Of a DNA stretch of 64,000 nucleotides, positions 1 to 11,208 are shown piece by piece. A program made the position numbers and the translations under genes. Source of the DNA: Corallococcus sp. (GTDB taxonomy: Bacteria; Bacillota; Clostridia; Christensenellales; CAG-314); contig JAMPAB010000001.1 of the NCBI GenBank assembly GCA_023667435.1, positions 21,960 to 85,959 of the forward strand, in the 5' to 3' direction. Positions within the stretch are counted from its first letter, which is position 1; the number at the start of each line of letters is the position of its first letter. Under the pieces are notes generated by a model. It saw only the letters and a list, made by a program, of their open reading frames with translations, was not told where the DNA came from and searched no databases.

Positions 1-2652
1 AATTATCGTTTGATACGCGCTTATTGCGGTAGCTGCGCTCAAACTTTGCGTCGTACCCAAAGTGTCCCAGTACAGCGTATATCCCGCAAAGTCGACGGTA
101 TAGTTTTTAACCGAACCGTTAGCGTGAATAATCTTGTACTCTCTGTTGTTTTCGGCGTCTTTTACGATAACCTGAATTACCGAACCGCCTGCCTGTTGAG
201 TTACGGTGTAATTGCCCGCTATCTCGTTTTCACTCAGATGCAATCCGCTGCAAGTCTTTTTGAATTCGATCAACTTCTGATAATTTGCAAAGACGTCTGC
301 ATATGTGATTTTGAGCGAGTAATCGAGTTCGTTTACTTTGTAACTGGATTCGTACGAGTTGTGAACCTCGTCCTCAGTCGCGCCGTCTACGTTCTTAGTG
401 CGAAGAAACTCTTCGCCTGCAAGCATAAACGTTGTTCCGTTGGAAGTGAACACCACCGAGTTTGCCAACACCGCCATACCTTTGATTATGTCAATCTTGC
501 TCTTACGAACCGCGCCTGTGGCAATAATTCTGTCGTATAACGTATAGTTGTCGTGACACGTGACGTAGTTGACCGTTCTGTCGGGGCTGGTAATTGCGAC
601 GGAACCTGCGGTAATACCCTGCATACCCTTGATGATTGCGTCTACGTCGCCCGAATTTACGGTGGACATGTTAGTTACCCAACCTGTTTCGGTTTTACCT
701 TTCATTCCGCCCTTTATTAACGCGTCGCGCATCTGGTCGTTGAATTGTCCTACGCCGTTAAGCGCGTTGGCGTTCTTTTGGTCGGCCTGTTGATTTTCGG
801 GCAACGCGGACGTTCCGCCTTCCCAAGGCTCGCCGTAAACTACGATATCGGGGTTGATTTCCTTCAACGCCGCCGCAAGCAGATTCATCGTTTCTATATC
901 GTGCAAACCCATAAGGTCGAAACGGAATCCGCCCAGCTTGTACTCTTCCGCCCAGAAACAAACGGAGTCTATCATAAACTTACGGAACATTTTGTGATCG
1001 CTTGCCGTTTCGTTGCCGCAGCCCGAACCGTTCGACGCGGTACCGTCGGCATTGTAACGGAAATAGTAACCGGGCATAAGCACTTCGAAGTTTGAGTTAG
1101 CCGAGCTGCTTACGTGATTGTAAACGACGTCCATAATAATGTTGATATCCGCGCCGTTGTACGCCATAACGAGTTGTTTAAACTCTCTTATACGGGCGTA
1201 ACCGTCCGTAGCGTCGGAGGAATAAGCTCCTTCCAGAACGTTGTAGTTTAACGGATTGTAACCCCAGTTGAAAGCAACGTTGCTTTCGTCGTTGGCCTGG
1301 TCGAAAATGGGAACAAGTTGAACTGCGTTTACGCCGAGTTCCTTAATATGGTCGAAACCCGTTTTGACCGTTACCGCGCCCGAAGTATACGTTGTACCTT
1401 CCTCGATCATACCGAGAAACTTCTTTCTGTTAGCTTCGCTGCCCGTCCACGTGGCGGAAGACGTAACGTCTGCCACGTGCGTTTCCCACACTACCAACTC
1501 TTTTCTGTCGTACGCTTTGGGAGTAACGTCTGCCCATCCGACAGGATTCGTTTTTGTAAAATCTACGATTTGTCCGCGAACGCCGCTAAGTCCCGCGCTC
1601 TTTGCGTACGGGTCGACGATTTCCTTTCCGAGAGGATAACTGTCGTTGTAAACGGTGTACGTATAGTATTTCGCTTCTAAATCTCCCGAAACGGTAGCTT
1701 CGAATACGCCTTTGTCGCCTTTCGTCATTTCGTGAGTCGTCGGCGTTTCCGTTAAGTGTCCGCTGTTGTAAATATTGAGAACGATACGCGTGGATACGGG
1801 AGACCACACTTTAAACTGCGTTTGCGCGGAAGAATAAACGGCACCCAACTCGCCGTCGTAGTAGTAAGCGTCGTTGAACGCCTGCGTAGCGTACAAAACG
1901 GTTACTCCTACTTTTTCTTTGGCGGTGGCTGAACTCTGCGCAAAAGCAACTTCTACCGTATACCCTTTAATCAAGTCGGGCGTTTTGTTTTGGGGAAGAT
2001 TGTAACGCACGCTGACTGCGGGGGAAATTTTCTTTTCCGCAATAAGTTCCGCGCCCTCGTAAACTTTTACGCTGTTAATAGGCTCTTTCGTCTTAATAGC
2101 GATTTGCGATTCCGTAGAGAACATCGCAGACATACTGTATCTCATCGTTACTACGTCCTTGTACAAATTCTTGTCGCCCTGCGTCAGATAAACGTGATAA
2201 TAGTTATGTTCGTCCATTTCGTAATCGGCAAAGTTTACGAATCTGTCGTCGTCGCAGTCCTTAGTCCACGTCGATTGCAAACGGGGAATAATTCCTATAC
2301 CCTTATTGATTACGTCTCCGCCGATTTGCGATAACGGGTACACCGCTACGCCGCCGTTGTCGTCCTGATAGTTAATGTTGTATACTTTACCTTCGCCGCC
2401 GTCCTGCTGCCACATCCAAAATCCCCACGTTTTGTAATCGTTGGAATTGTTGCGGTGATAGTGAAGCATAATGGACGGTTCCGACGCCGTTTGAGGAATG
2501 TCCGTAGGCATAACAATCGTATTGCTGCCCGTACTTCCGCTTGCCGATTCGTACGGATCGACCTCGAAACCGGAATTGTCGCAAGCCGCCAACAGCAACG
2601 CGCTGGAAGCGAAAGTAATCGCCAATAATATCAATAAAATTTTCCTTTTCAT
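1..2652 (-). CDS. pulA: Type I pullulanase (GH13) lipoprotein. The C-terminal end is cut by the window edge, and the ORF is absent from the supplied track because it has no stop codon in the window.
   Basis: My own reverse-strand translation starts at ATG 2652-2650: MKRKILLILLAITFASSALLLAAC, a signal peptide plus lipobox. The frame stays open to position 1 (884 codons). GH13/pullulanase signature blocks were read directly: FNWGYNP, IIMDVVYNH, YKLGGFRFDLMGLHD, VYGEPWEG and YVTCHDN. Confidence 0.9.
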   Translation of the reverse strand, partial: MKRKILLILLAITFASSALLLAACDNSGFEVDPYESASGSTGSNTIVMPTDIPQTASEPSIMLHYHRNNSNDYKTWGFWMWQQDGGEGKVYNINYQDDNGGVAVYPLSQIGGDVINKGIGIIPRLQSTWTKDCDDDRFVNFADYEMDEHNYYHVYLTQGDKNLYKDVVTMRYSMSAMFSTESQIAIKTKEPINSVKVYEGAELIAEKKISPAVSVRYNLPQNKTPDLIKGYTVEVAFAQSSATAKEKVGVTVLYATQAFNDAYYYDGELGAVYSSAQTQFKVWSPVSTRIVLNIYNSGHLTETPTTHEMTKGDKGVFEATVSGDLEAKYYTYTVYNDSYPLGKEIVDPYAKSAGLSGVRGQIVDFTKTNPVGWADVTPKAYDRKELVVWETHVADVTSSATWTGSEANRKKFLGMIEEGTTYTSGAVTVKTGFDHIKELGVNAVQLVPIFDQANDESNVAFNWGYNPLNYNVLEGAYSSDATDGYARIREFKQLVMAYNGADINIIMDVVYNHVSSSANSNFEVLMPGYYFRYNADGTASNGSGCGNETASDHKMFRKFMIDSVCFWAEEYKLGGFRFDLMGLHDIETMNLLAAALKEINPDIVVYGEPWEGGTSALPENQQADQKNANALNGVGQFNDQMRDALIKGGMKGKTETGWVTNMSTVNSGDVDAIIKGMQGITAGSVAITSPDRTVNYVTCHDNYTLYDRIIATGAVRKSKIDIIKGMAVLANSVVFTSNGTTFMLAGEEFLRTKNVDGATEDEVHNSYESSYKVNELDYSLKITYADVFANYQKLIEFKKTCSGLHLSENEIAGNYTVTQQAGGSVIQVIVKDAENNREYKIIHANGSVKNYTVDFAGYTLYWDTLGTTQSLSAATAISAYQTII

Positions 2653-2874
2653 TTTACACCTTATTTAAAATTATTTTAAATTTTACGTAACGCAGCGCGC
2701 CCTTTACGCGCAAACGCAACGTTGCAGTAATAATAATCCGATACGCTTGCTCAATACAGTTCTCGGCGCGAATACGGCGTTTTGCCGTATTCAGTCGCCG
2801 AAAACAATCGTATCGAGCGTCAGGAAACCCGAACGCCGAAACGTCCGAGCTTCCGACGGATTAACGCGTTTGCA

Positions 2875-5484
2875 TCAGTACAGTCTGATATCGAACAGGT
2901 TCTCGTAAATCTGCGATGCGGTAACGTCCAAATTGACGTTGATTTTTGCTCCGATTTCGTAATCCTTGTCGATTTTAACGTAGACCGTGTCGCCGTAAAG
3001 AGAGCATTTGGCATACTTGTCCTTGCCGTAATCGATGATTTCTTCTACGGTAAGCTCTATGCCCTTGTCCACTACGGTATACGCGTCGTGAGGAACTTCG
3101 AAACGGTAATGACTTAAGAACAGTTGCGCGCCCAAACCTTTGATAATCTTCTTGTTGATATCCAACGACGTCAGGAAAGACTGACCGTTGATGTACGCCG
3201 TAAAGACCTTCGAACGGAACATTATGTCGTCGATTGCGGCGTTTTGCTCGCTCTTAACTTGCGCTATTCCGTCGATCTTCGCGCGTTTTGCGTCTTTCAA
3301 TGCGATTACCGCATTGTCTTTGTCCGCTCCCGTAAGGGTAGCTACGTCCGCTTTGGCTTTTTCTATCGCGGCGTCGAGTTCGGCAATTCTTTCCGTCTTG
3401 ATACGCGCGTAATCTGCGTTTGCGCGTTCTGCATCCGCTTTGGCTTCGAGCGCTTTGCTCTGTTCGAGCGGTAACAGTTCTTTCGCAACCGATTCGACGT
3501 TGCTTTGTATTTGTTGGATAATTTTAGCGTACTTTTCGGCGACGGCGTCTTCCAGCTTCTTATATTCGCCTCTTAAAGCGTTTTCCTTCTCCTTGCCTGC
3601 GGATTTTTCCGCTTCGGACAACGCGTTGTATGCCGCTTTCGCCGCGTTGTACTCGGCGACTTTTGCGTCGTATTCCTGTTTCGCCAGAGCAAGCGCCTCC
3701 TTAGCTTCCTGCTCTACTTTCTTCTTGCCTTCTTTACCCAAACTTTCCGTTCCAAGTCTATAAGATTTGTTACCCAGAATTTCCTTGCGTTTTTCCGCAT
3801 ATTCCTCCTTGATAACTTTAAGCATCGATTCCTGGAAAGTGAATTCCGCAAGCTGCGCGTTAAGCTGTTTGTTGAGTTCGCTTATTTCCTTCTTCTTCTG
3901 CTCGTTGTAGTATTTGACAAGATACGATACCGAACGTTTGGCGTTTGTTCTGTCGAAATACGAACCGTAAAATACGTCGCGGTCGGGCAGCGGCTTTACG
4001 GACACGGCGGCGCCGTCGATACTTATTCGCTTAAAGTCTATACCGAGCGACAGTTCGTCTCCTACCTTGTAATCCTTGTCGCCCACCATAAAGAACGTAC
4101 GGTTCTTTATCTGCAAATGAGTGATTTTCGTTCCGTTGATTACTTCCGTATCCACTACTTTCGCTTTGATATCGTCCCCTTCGCGCAAAGCGTTTGCGGG
4201 AATGATGACGGTTGCGTTTTCCTTAGAAACGCCGTTGAGTTGCTTGACTATCGCTTCGGGAAGCTTGACGGACGCGCCCAAAAGCGTCATCTTGTCGTTT
4301 TCCAACGTAACGTCGAAAACGTTGTCTTCGGGAATACGCGGCGCTATCGTTTTTTCCGTTTCCAAATCGAAGAAATGCGCCCTTTCCATATCGAACGCAA
4401 CGTCGATTACGTCGCCTATTTTTGAAGTATGCGTTCCGCCGTACTGCTTTACTATTACGCGCGTCTCGGTGTCGGACAGACCGTCGCCGTTCATATCCAA
4501 ATCGCCGTAAATCAACGTTTCGTTGCCCAGTTCCTCGAAATGCGAAATCTTGACTTTGACGACGTTCTTCGATTTTTTGATTATTTCGGGATCTGCCGAA
4601 ATATGTTCGCAACGAAGTCCTACGATTATCTTCTTGTCGCCGTTGAAGTATTCGGGACGGACTTTAAGCAGATTTCGGAAAGGAATTTCCAAAACGTTGT
4701 CCGTGCCTTCGAAACTTACGCGAACCGTGTCGCCTTCGCGTTTCAAAGTGGCGGCGAAGAAGTTCATCTGCGGAGTTCCTATAAAGCCCGCGACGAATTT
4801 GTTTTCGGGATAATTGTACAGATTCTGCGGAGTGTCTATTTGCTGAACGTAACCCATACTCATAACGACGATACGCGATCCCATAGTCATTGCTTCTACC
4901 TGGTCGTGCGTTACGTAAATAAACGTCGTCTGAATCTCGTTGTGCAGTTTGGCTATTTCCGCGCGCATTTCGGTACGCAGTTTGGCGTCGAGGTTGCTTA
5001 ACGGTTCGTCCAAAAGGAAGACCTTAGGCGTACGCAGAATAGCTCTTCCCAACGATACGCGCTGACGCTGTCCGCCCGAAAGCGCCTTCGGCTTACGTTC
5101 GAGGTATTCTTCCAACTTCAGGATTTTAGCCGCCCACAGCACTTTTTGATGAATTTCCGCCTGCGGAACGTGTCTCAATTTGAGACCGAACGCAAGATTT
5201 TCGTAAACCGTCATATGCGGATACAACGCGTAGTTTTGGAATACCATCGCTATGTCTCTGTCCTTAGGTTCCACTCTGTTGACGAAATTTTCGCCTATGT
5301 ACAGTTCGCCTGCGGTAATTTCTTCCAACCCTGCAATCATACGCAGCGTAGTGGATTTACCGCAGCCGGAGGGACCGACGAATACGATGAATTCCTTGTC
5401 TTCTATTTCCATATTGAAGTCGTTGACCGCCTTGACTCCGTTAGGATAAACCTTGTAAATATGTCTTAAACTTAAATTTGACAT
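2875..5484 (-). CDS. Sugar ABC transporter ATP-binding protein (MalK/MsmX class) with a roughly 480-aa C-terminal extension made of extra beta-rich TOBE-like segments and a long coiled coil.
   Basis: Motifs seen: Walker [10 protein letters not shown], signature LSGGQRQR, Walker B FLLDEPLS and H-loop YVTHDQ. I moved the start to [13 protein letters not shown] at 5484, which is preceded by GGAGGAATATATACT. The track's start at 5523 has no RBS and would overlap the amylase gene stop. The C-terminal half is rich in A, E and K. Confidence 0.85.
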   Translation of the reverse strand: MSNLSLRHIYKVYPNGVKAVNDFNMEIEDKEFIVFVGPSGCGKSTTLRMIAGLEEITAGELYIGENFVNRVEPKDRDIAMVFQNYALYPHMTVYENLAFGLKLRHVPQAEIHQKVLWAAKILKLEEYLERKPKALSGGQRQRVSLGRAILRTPKVFLLDEPLSNLDAKLRTEMRAEIAKLHNEIQTTFIYVTHDQVEAMTMGSRIVVMSMGYVQQIDTPQNLYNYPENKFVAGFIGTPQMNFFAATLKREGDTVRVSFEGTDNVLEIPFRNLLKVRPEYFNGDKKIIVGLRCEHISADPEIIKKSKNVVKVKISHFEELGNETLIYGDLDMNGDGLSDTETRVIVKQYGGTHTSKIGDVIDVAFDMERAHFFDLETEKTIAPRIPEDNVFDVTLENDKMTLLGASVKLPEAIVKQLNGVSKENATVIIPANALREGDDIKAKVVDTEVINGTKITHLQIKNRTFFMVGDKDYKVGDELSLGIDFKRISIDGAAVSVKPLPDRDVFYGSYFDRTNAKRSVSYLVKYYNEQKKKEISELNKQLNAQLAEFTFQESMLKVIKEEYAEKRKEILGNKSYRLGTESLGKEGKKKVEQEAKEALALAKQEYDAKVAEYNAAKAAYNALSEAEKSAGKEKENALRGEYKKLEDAVAEKYAKIIQQIQSNVESVAKELLPLEQSKALEAKADAERANADYARIKTERIAELDAAIEKAKADVATLTGADKDNAVIALKDAKRAKIDGIAQVKSEQNAAIDDIMFRSKVFTAYINGQSFLTSLDINKKIIKGLGAQLFLSHYRFEVPHDAYTVVDKGIELTVEEIIDYGKDKYAKCSLYGDTVYVKIDKDYEIGAKINVNLDVTASQIYENLFDIRLY

Positions 5485-5500
5485 AGTATATATTCCTCCA

Positions 5501-7117
5501 TTAACCTTGTTGTAAAATAGCAAACGTCTGTTTCGGCATTGTAAGTACGTTTTCCGAAAGAGTGGGAACGTCGTCTACCGACAGCGTGCCTTTGAGCGTT
5601 AAGTTCGAACCGATTTCCGACAAATTAACCGTCGCGGTCGTTTTGTGCGATACGTTCATTACTATGTACACGGCGTCCGCTCCGCTGCCCTTTTTGACGG
5701 CGGCAACAAGTCCGTCCGCACTGAGATAAACCTTTTCGCCGTAGTTCCTTGCAATCGCGGGGAACGCGCGTCTCAACGCATTTGCGCGCGCTATGTAGTC
5801 TATCACCGACGAACTGTCGCGCAAATTCTGTTTGACGGTACCCAAAGGATACTTTACCGAATCCGCAACGGCGGTAGAACCGTTTACGGGCCGACAGGTG
5901 TAACTGTCGCCCCACGGCATAGGCTGCCGTCTGTTTTCGTCGATGACCTTGCCTGCGCTGTTGGGAAAAGCGTTCATACCCACTTCGTCGCCGTAGTACC
6001 AAAACGTCGTTCCTGCGCACATCGCCATAAGTCCGTAACCCATTTTAAGGTTGTTTACGTTGTTGCCCGCCTGCAAAATGCCGTACGCACGGGATATGTC
6101 GTGATTCGAAATGAACATAGCGGGGATTCCGCCTGCAACGTTGATTACGTTTTCTTCGTCGATTGCGAAAAGGTAGCGGGCCTTTTCCAAACGTACCGAG
6201 AAAGAAAGCGTTCCGCTGCCGTCGTAACCGTGTTGGAACAGGAAAAAGCTGTCGACTCCCGACGACTGGTAGGTTCTGTTTTCCACAACGTTGGACCACG
6301 CGCCTTCGCCCACGATATAGCAAGAAGGTTTGATTGCTTTCGCCGTATCGTTGAGCCACGTCAGAAACTCCGTGTTTTTAGTGGCGTTGCCCGTGAAATA
6401 ACTCGTAACAGCATCCAGTCTGAAACCGTCTACGTCGTGGTCTACAAGCCAAAACTCCATTATGCTTTTAAGCTCGGTGGCAAGATACCCTTCCGGTTCG
6501 TCGAGAACGTTCTGCAAATTGAGATCGGGCATACCTTCGTTGAACTGCGCTTCGTAAATCCAGTTGCTGTTGTACTTCGCCCAACCTGTGGGGACGGTTC
6601 CGCCCGTGAACTGTTCGAACCTGTAAAAGTTGTAATACGTGTCGTACGGTTTGTTACGCATATGCGCCGCGTAACATGCCTCGAACCATTTGTTGGTCTT
6701 AGCGGAATGATTGAACACGAGATCGAGCAAAACCGTCATTCCGCGATTGTGACATTCCTCTACAAGTCTGTCGTAGTCTTCGAGCGTGCCGAATTTGGAA
6801 TCGATGCTCTTGTAGTCTACGACGTCGTACTTGTGATACGACGGGGATTGATGAATGGGAGTAAGCCATATGCCCTCGAAATTCATATCCGCTATGTAAT
6901 CCAGTTTGTCTATTATGCCGTTGATATCGCCTATGCCGTCGCCGTCGCTGTCGGCAAAGGAATAGGGAAATATCTGATAATACGTTCTGTAATTGTCGGT
7001 AGTCGCCTCATACTCCATAATCTGTTCTTTCCTGCCGTTGCAGGAAGCGAGCAAAGTAAGCATCAAAGCGGATACCAACACTACGGAAACGAGTTTTAAA
7101 ACTGCGCTTTTTCTCAT
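5501..7117 (-). CDS. GH13 alpha-amylase-family glycosidase, lipoprotein.
   Basis: Signal peptide with lipobox LLASC. GH13 blocks seen: [42 protein letters not shown] and FISNHD. Confidence 0.85.
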   Translation of the reverse strand: MRKSAVLKLVSVVLVSALMLTLLASCNGRKEQIMEYEATTDNYRTYYQIFPYSFADSDGDGIGDINGIIDKLDYIADMNFEGIWLTPIHQSPSYHKYDVVDYKSIDSKFGTLEDYDRLVEECHNRGMTVLLDLVFNHSAKTNKWFEACYAAHMRNKPYDTYYNFYRFEQFTGGTVPTGWAKYNSNWIYEAQFNEGMPDLNLQNVLDEPEGYLATELKSIMEFWLVDHDVDGFRLDAVTSYFTGNATKNTEFLTWLNDTAKAIKPSCYIVGEGAWSNVVENRTYQSSGVDSFFLFQHGYDGSGTLSFSVRLEKARYLFAIDEENVINVAGGIPAMFISNHDISRAYGILQAGNNVNNLKMGYGLMAMCAGTTFWYYGDEVGMNAFPNSAGKVIDENRRQPMPWGDSYTCRPVNGSTAVADSVKYPLGTVKQNLRDSSSVIDYIARANALRRAFPAIARNYGEKVYLSADGLVAAVKKGSGADAVYIVMNVSHKTTATVNLSEIGSNLTLKGTLSVDDVPTLSENVLTMPKQTFAILQQG

Positions 7118-7123
7118 ACCGTA

Positions 7124-8002
7124 TTACCCCTTTACGGATCCGCCCGTTACGCCTTCCACGTAGAAACGCTGCATAATGAAGAACATAATTATGGGCAATA
7201 TGGATACTACTACGCCGCCCGCGCAGAACCGAGTGAAGTTGTCCGTCATCTTTTGATTGCTGTCTATCATTTGATAAAGACCTATCGCAACCGTCTTGTA
7301 GTCCGCGCCGCCGCGACCTACGATGTAGTTTGCCATCATGTAGTCGCCCCAAGGAGCCACGAACGCGCTCAGCAGTGTTTGGATGATTATCGGTTTGGAA
7401 AGCGGCAGTATAATCGAGAAGAAAATTCTGCTGCGCGACGCGCCGTCGATCATTGCCGCTTCGTCGAGAGACTTGCTTATCGTATCGAAGAATCCTTTCG
7501 ATACGTAGTAGCCCATCATCGAACCCGAAACGTACACCAACATTAACCCGAATATCGACAGACTCGTTCCGACAAGCTTCATGGCGTTAAGTATGTAGTA
7601 AATGCAGATCATGCTCAAAAAGCCGGGAAACATACCCAAAATAAGCATAAACTTCATCAACGCCTGTCTGCCGTTGAAACGCATACGCGACAAAGCGTAA
7701 GCGGTAAGCAGAGTAATCAACGTGTTTATAATCGACACTACTATCGCTATCGCAAGCGTATTGACGTACCAGTTGAGGAACTTGGACTGATTGCTCGTAA
7801 ACAGCCATACGTAGTTGTCGAAACCCCATTTTTTAGGGAAGAGGTACGAAACGATGGAATGACTTTCGCAGCGCAGCGAGGTTACTATCAAGTAGACGAA
7901 GGGAAATACCCACACTATGCTTATTACGGTGAGCAGTATGTAAATAAAAGAATCTACAATCGCGCCTTTCGCGCTTCTTTTGGTCGTTTTCAGATATTTC
8001 AT
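7124..8002 (-). CDS. Carbohydrate ABC transporter permease, MalG-like.
   Basis: Multi-TM protein with the EAA loop LDEAAMIDGASRSRIFFSIILPLSKP. It overlaps the upstream permease gene by one base. Confidence 0.85.
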   Translation of the reverse strand: MKYLKTTKRSAKGAIVDSFIYILLTVISIVWVFPFVYLIVTSLRCESHSIVSYLFPKKWGFDNYVWLFTSNQSKFLNWYVNTLAIAIVVSIINTLITLLTAYALSRMRFNGRQALMKFMLILGMFPGFLSMICIYYILNAMKLVGTSLSIFGLMLVYVSGSMMGYYVSKGFFDTISKSLDEAAMIDGASRSRIFFSIILPLSKPIIIQTLLSAFVAPWGDYMMANYIVGRGGADYKTVAIGLYQMIDSNQKMTDNFTRFCAGGVVVSILPIIMFFIMQRFYVEGVTGGSVKG

Positions 8003-9522
8003 TACTGGAAATCCTCCTCGTTCTTAACCGAACCTATACGAGAGTAAACAAACAGCGAGAAGAACGCTACCACTACGAATATGAGTATACCCAAAACGGA
8101 CGCCATATCGTACTGCGAGCTGTCAACCGTCAGTTTGTACAACCAGGTGATCAACAAGTCTACGTCTCCTGCCGACATAGCCAACTGCGAGTTCATTGTA
8201 CCCGATTGGCCGCCCGTTAGCAGGAAGATGATATTGAAGTTGTTGATGTTGCCTACGAACGTCGTAATAAGAGAAGGTCCCAAAACGAACATCATATAAG
8301 GCAGGGTGATTTTACTGAACATTTTAACGGGATTTGCGCCGTCGATCCTTGCCGCTTCGTACAGGTCTCCTGGAATGTTCATCAATATTCCCGTACAGGT
8401 AAGTACGGTGTACGGCACGCCTACCCAAATATTTACAACGATAATTACGATTTTGGCAAGCTGCGTCGTACTGGTAAGCCACTTGACGGGCGACAGTCCC
8501 ACGTAGCGGAACAGCGTGTTTACGATACCTTCGTCGCGGAACATTTTCGATACCAACAGTAACGAAATGAACTGCGGAACGGCGATAACCGTAACAAGGC
8601 ACGTACGCCAAAACTTTTTAAGTTTGATACTCTTTTTGTTGATGATAAGGGCGAGTATCATTCCCAAGAACAGATTGCTTACCGTAGCTATTACAGCCCA
8701 TTCCAACGTCCAGCCGAGTATATGCCAGAAGGTATAACTCCATTTGCCCGCGTCCTGAGCCGTTCCGCCCAAAGCCTGTCCCGTAAGCACGGATGCGAAG
8801 TTGTCGAATCCTACCCACGTAAATAAGTGCGCCGGCGGCAGCGTGTTGCGGTTGTAGTTTGTAAACGCTACCAGTATCATAAACAGCAGCGGAACGATGG
8901 TAAACACAACTAAAGTTAAGGACGGGAAAGCGAGAATCGTAAGATGGAACTTGTGATTGAGCAGCTGTTTGACGTCGTCCTTAGCCGTTGCCATACGCTG
9001 AGCTACGGAATAGCTCAACTGATTGCCGTACGCTTCCTTTACCGATTTAAGCATAATCACGACGGTAAACAGAATAATGACCAGCGTAAGCATCGAGTAA
9101 AGCAAAATCTCAAACGAGTTGTCGCCTACTATAATACGTCCGCCTTCGTCGCGCTCGGGAACGACCGTTCCCAACGTGCCGAATTTGCCCAGATACCCCG
9201 CTCCGAAAAATACCATATACAGAACGAACAGTATCTCGTACCCCAGATACAGAATTCCGTGACCGATCTGACGGTACGCAAAACAGCCGAAGCCCCATAT
9301 CAACACGGACAGACGTGTTTTCCAGTTGCCGTAACGGAAAGCGTCCCAAAGCGTTGAAAACCAGGCGCCTATTCTTTTCAACAGTTTCCATATAGCGCGC
9401 GGAATGTTACGGAAGAACCTTCCAACCGCGAATGGAATACCGAGAATAAACGAATAGAATTTGTACCATGCCCGACGGGGTTTGGACATAGACAAATATT
9501 CTAACGATGATATATGTCTCAT
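8002..9522 (-). CDS. Carbohydrate ABC transporter permease, MalF-like.
   Basis: 506 aa and multi-TM, with EAA loop YEAARIDGANPVKMFSKITLPYM. The RBS AGGAGAAACAAT precedes the ATG at 9522. Confidence 0.85.
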   Translation of the reverse strand: MRHISSLEYLSMSKPRRAWYKFYSFILGIPFAVGRFFRNIPRAIWKLLKRIGAWFSTLWDAFRYGNWKTRLSVLIWGFGCFAYRQIGHGILYLGYEILFVLYMVFFGAGYLGKFGTLGTVVPERDEGGRIIVGDNSFEILLYSMLTLVIILFTVVIMLKSVKEAYGNQLSYSVAQRMATAKDDVKQLLNHKFHLTILAFPSLTLVVFTIVPLLFMILVAFTNYNRNTLPPAHLFTWVGFDNFASVLTGQALGGTAQDAGKWSYTFWHILGWTLEWAVIATVSNLFLGMILALIINKKSIKLKKFWRTCLVTVIAVPQFISLLLVSKMFRDEGIVNTLFRYVGLSPVKWLTSTTQLAKIVIIVVNIWVGVPYTVLTCTGILMNIPGDLYEAARIDGANPVKMFSKITLPYMMFVLGPSLITTFVGNINNFNIIFLLTGGQSGTMNSQLAMSAGDVDLLITWLYKLTVDSSQYDMASVLGILIFVVVAFFSLFVYSRIGSVKNEEDFQ

Positions 9523-9543
9523 ATTGTTTCTCCTAAAAAAACA

Positions 9544-9601
9544 GCTAAGCGTAACGTCTGCTCTGCCCCAAACGGCGCAGAGCAGACGAAAAATGCTTAG
9601 C
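9544..9601 (-). promoter_or_regulatory. Nested intercistronic hairpin downstream of the binding-protein gene, possibly an mRNA stabiliser or partial terminator.
   Basis: The outer arms GCTAAGC/GCTTAGC and the inner arms GTCTGCTCTGC/GCAGAGCAGAC are perfectly complementary. The hairpin lies between the binding-protein gene stop (9617) and the permease gene start (9522). Confidence 0.45.
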
Positions 9602-9616
9602 TTTGATTTTTAAACT

Positions 9617-11110
9617 TTATTGAGCCGCTTGTGAAATTTGCGTTTGAAGTTCCGCAAGGAAGTTTCTCGTATTTACCATATTCTTGAATTTGTCTAACGG
9701 TTGCGTTCCGCTGATTTCGTTGTACAGCGTGTTGCTGAACGTCTGAATGGGAGTCCAGTAGTTAGCGGGAACGGAGTCCTGAACGCGGTAACCGAGACCG
9801 TTACCGATATCCTGTCCGCGCAGTTCTTCCTTAGCGTAATTCATAGGATATTTGCATACGCGGTCGTACTGCGCGTTAAGCGCCAACAGAGCCGCATCCG
9901 CAGCAACGTCGGGATCCGCCAAAGCTTCGAGGTTAGCGGGGCCCGCGCCCGTAGCTTCGTATCTTTCCAAAGAAATTTCTTTTCCGCAAAGGTACTTAGC
10001 CAGTTCGTGCAACAACTTCAAGTTGGAGTCGTCTTCCACAGCGTTTGCAAACTTGCACTGAGGGTTGACGCCCATATGTTTGTAACCTGCAAAGTTCTTC
10101 ATAGCGAACATTTCGCCGTCGTCCGTTTCCAACATGGGAAGCACGGTTGCGCCGTAATCGTCGCCCCACGCCTCTTTAAGCGTCTTAGCCTTCCACGTTC
10201 CGCAGACGGCTGCCGCAAGAGGAGTTTCCTGACCTTCGAAGTTAGCGGGGTTGGAGTACAGGTCGATCTTGTCGTTTAACGGGTTTTTGTCGCCGTCGGT
10301 GTACAGATAATGATCGGAAATCTTGCCGTCGGCAGTAGTGATGCTGTTCTTCATACATTCGTATGCGTCGAAACCTACGGTGTAGTCGCCTCGTTTCTTA
10401 TCCGTAACGCCTTCCGGCAAAGTGTAAGAGAACCAGCAGTCGGCAGAGTTCTGTCTTCCGTCTCCGTCGTAACCGATTTCGTAGTCTCCGCCTACCGCGA
10501 AGAACACGCCGGAAGCGTACCAGGAGTCGCCCATAGCCCACGTAACTTTACCTTTTTTCCAGTTGTCCGTTTTGCTATCCAGCGCTTCGTACAACTGACG
10601 GAAAGTATAATTTTCCATCAAGCAGTCGTTGGTATCGTCCCAAACGGCGGTTCCTCTGAAAGCGGCCTTGTTGTAGTACATATAGTAACCGTTGTCCGCC
10701 TGCAAAGGATAAGCCCAAGACTGTTCGCCCATAAACGTAGCGGCGAAAGCTCTTGCGTCGTTGTTGGCTTGCGACCAGGCAAGGTTGTCGCCCGTTACGG
10801 GAGACAACGCGGCAAGGTTTAACAGGTTTGCCATTTGATCGTTGGCAAACGTGTATACAGCCGCGCCCGACGTGGGGTCGACGTTCATTGCCGAGTACGC
10901 GCCCGAGTCGCCGCTGCCTGCGTAAGTAACCTTGTATCCCTCGAATGCTTCGGGGTGCATATCCATAAATTCCTGAGTCCATTTAAGGTAAATTTCCTCG
11001 TGATCGCCCGGTCCCCAAACGATGATTTCTTTGGAGTCGCACGACGTAAGCGCTACCGCGCTGCCTGCTACGAGCATAAGAACCAGGACCAAACAAAGTA
11101 TTTTCTTCAT
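9617..11110 (-). CDS. Extracellular solute-binding lipoprotein of the maltodextrin-type ABC transporter.
   Basis: Signal peptide with lipobox ALTSC. The size (497 aa) and the position directly upstream of the two permease genes fit this role. The assignment is by context and general family resemblance. Confidence 0.75.
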   Translation of the reverse strand: MKKILCLVLVLMLVAGSAVALTSCDSKEIIVWGPGDHEEIYLKWTQEFMDMHPEAFEGYKVTYAGSGDSGAYSAMNVDPTSGAAVYTFANDQMANLLNLAALSPVTGDNLAWSQANNDARAFAATFMGEQSWAYPLQADNGYYMYYNKAAFRGTAVWDDTNDCLMENYTFRQLYEALDSKTDNWKKGKVTWAMGDSWYASGVFFAVGGDYEIGYDGDGRQNSADCWFSYTLPEGVTDKKRGDYTVGFDAYECMKNSITTADGKISDHYLYTDGDKNPLNDKIDLYSNPANFEGQETPLAAAVCGTWKAKTLKEAWGDDYGATVLPMLETDDGEMFAMKNFAGYKHMGVNPQCKFANAVEDDSNLKLLHELAKYLCGKEISLERYEATGAGPANLEALADPDVAADAALLALNAQYDRVCKYPMNYAKEELRGQDIGNGLGYRVQDSVPANYWTPIQTFSNTLYNEISGTQPLDKFKNMVNTRNFLAELQTQISQAAQ

Positions 11111-11148
11111 ATTTTGCTCCTTTTTTGAAAAAATCTTTTAAGTTCGAC

Positions 11149-11181
11149 ACTGTCGTAGCGGACAAGCCGCTACGACAGTGA
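11149..11181 (-). promoter_or_regulatory. Perfect 14-bp stem hairpin between the first two genes of the operon.
   Basis: CACTGTCGTAGCGG-acaag-CCGCTACGACAGTG. On the minus strand it is followed by a weak, distant T run. Confidence 0.4.
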
Positions 11182-11208
11182 AGTAGTACAATATTTGAGT
11201 TGTGTTAA

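Noticed and set aside
10-2584. Short ORFs in the track at the left edge: 10-540, 569-793, 745-1095, 1318-1680, 1990-2334 and others.
   Set aside because: All fall inside the long minus-strand pullulanase reading frame, which the track omits because it has no stop in the window. That frame carries the full set of GH13 motifs.
5485-5523. The upstream start ([13 protein letters not shown]...) given by the track for the ABC ATPase.
   Set aside because: It has no RBS, it would overlap the amylase gene stop, and the internal ATG at 5484 has a perfect GGAGG at the right distance.
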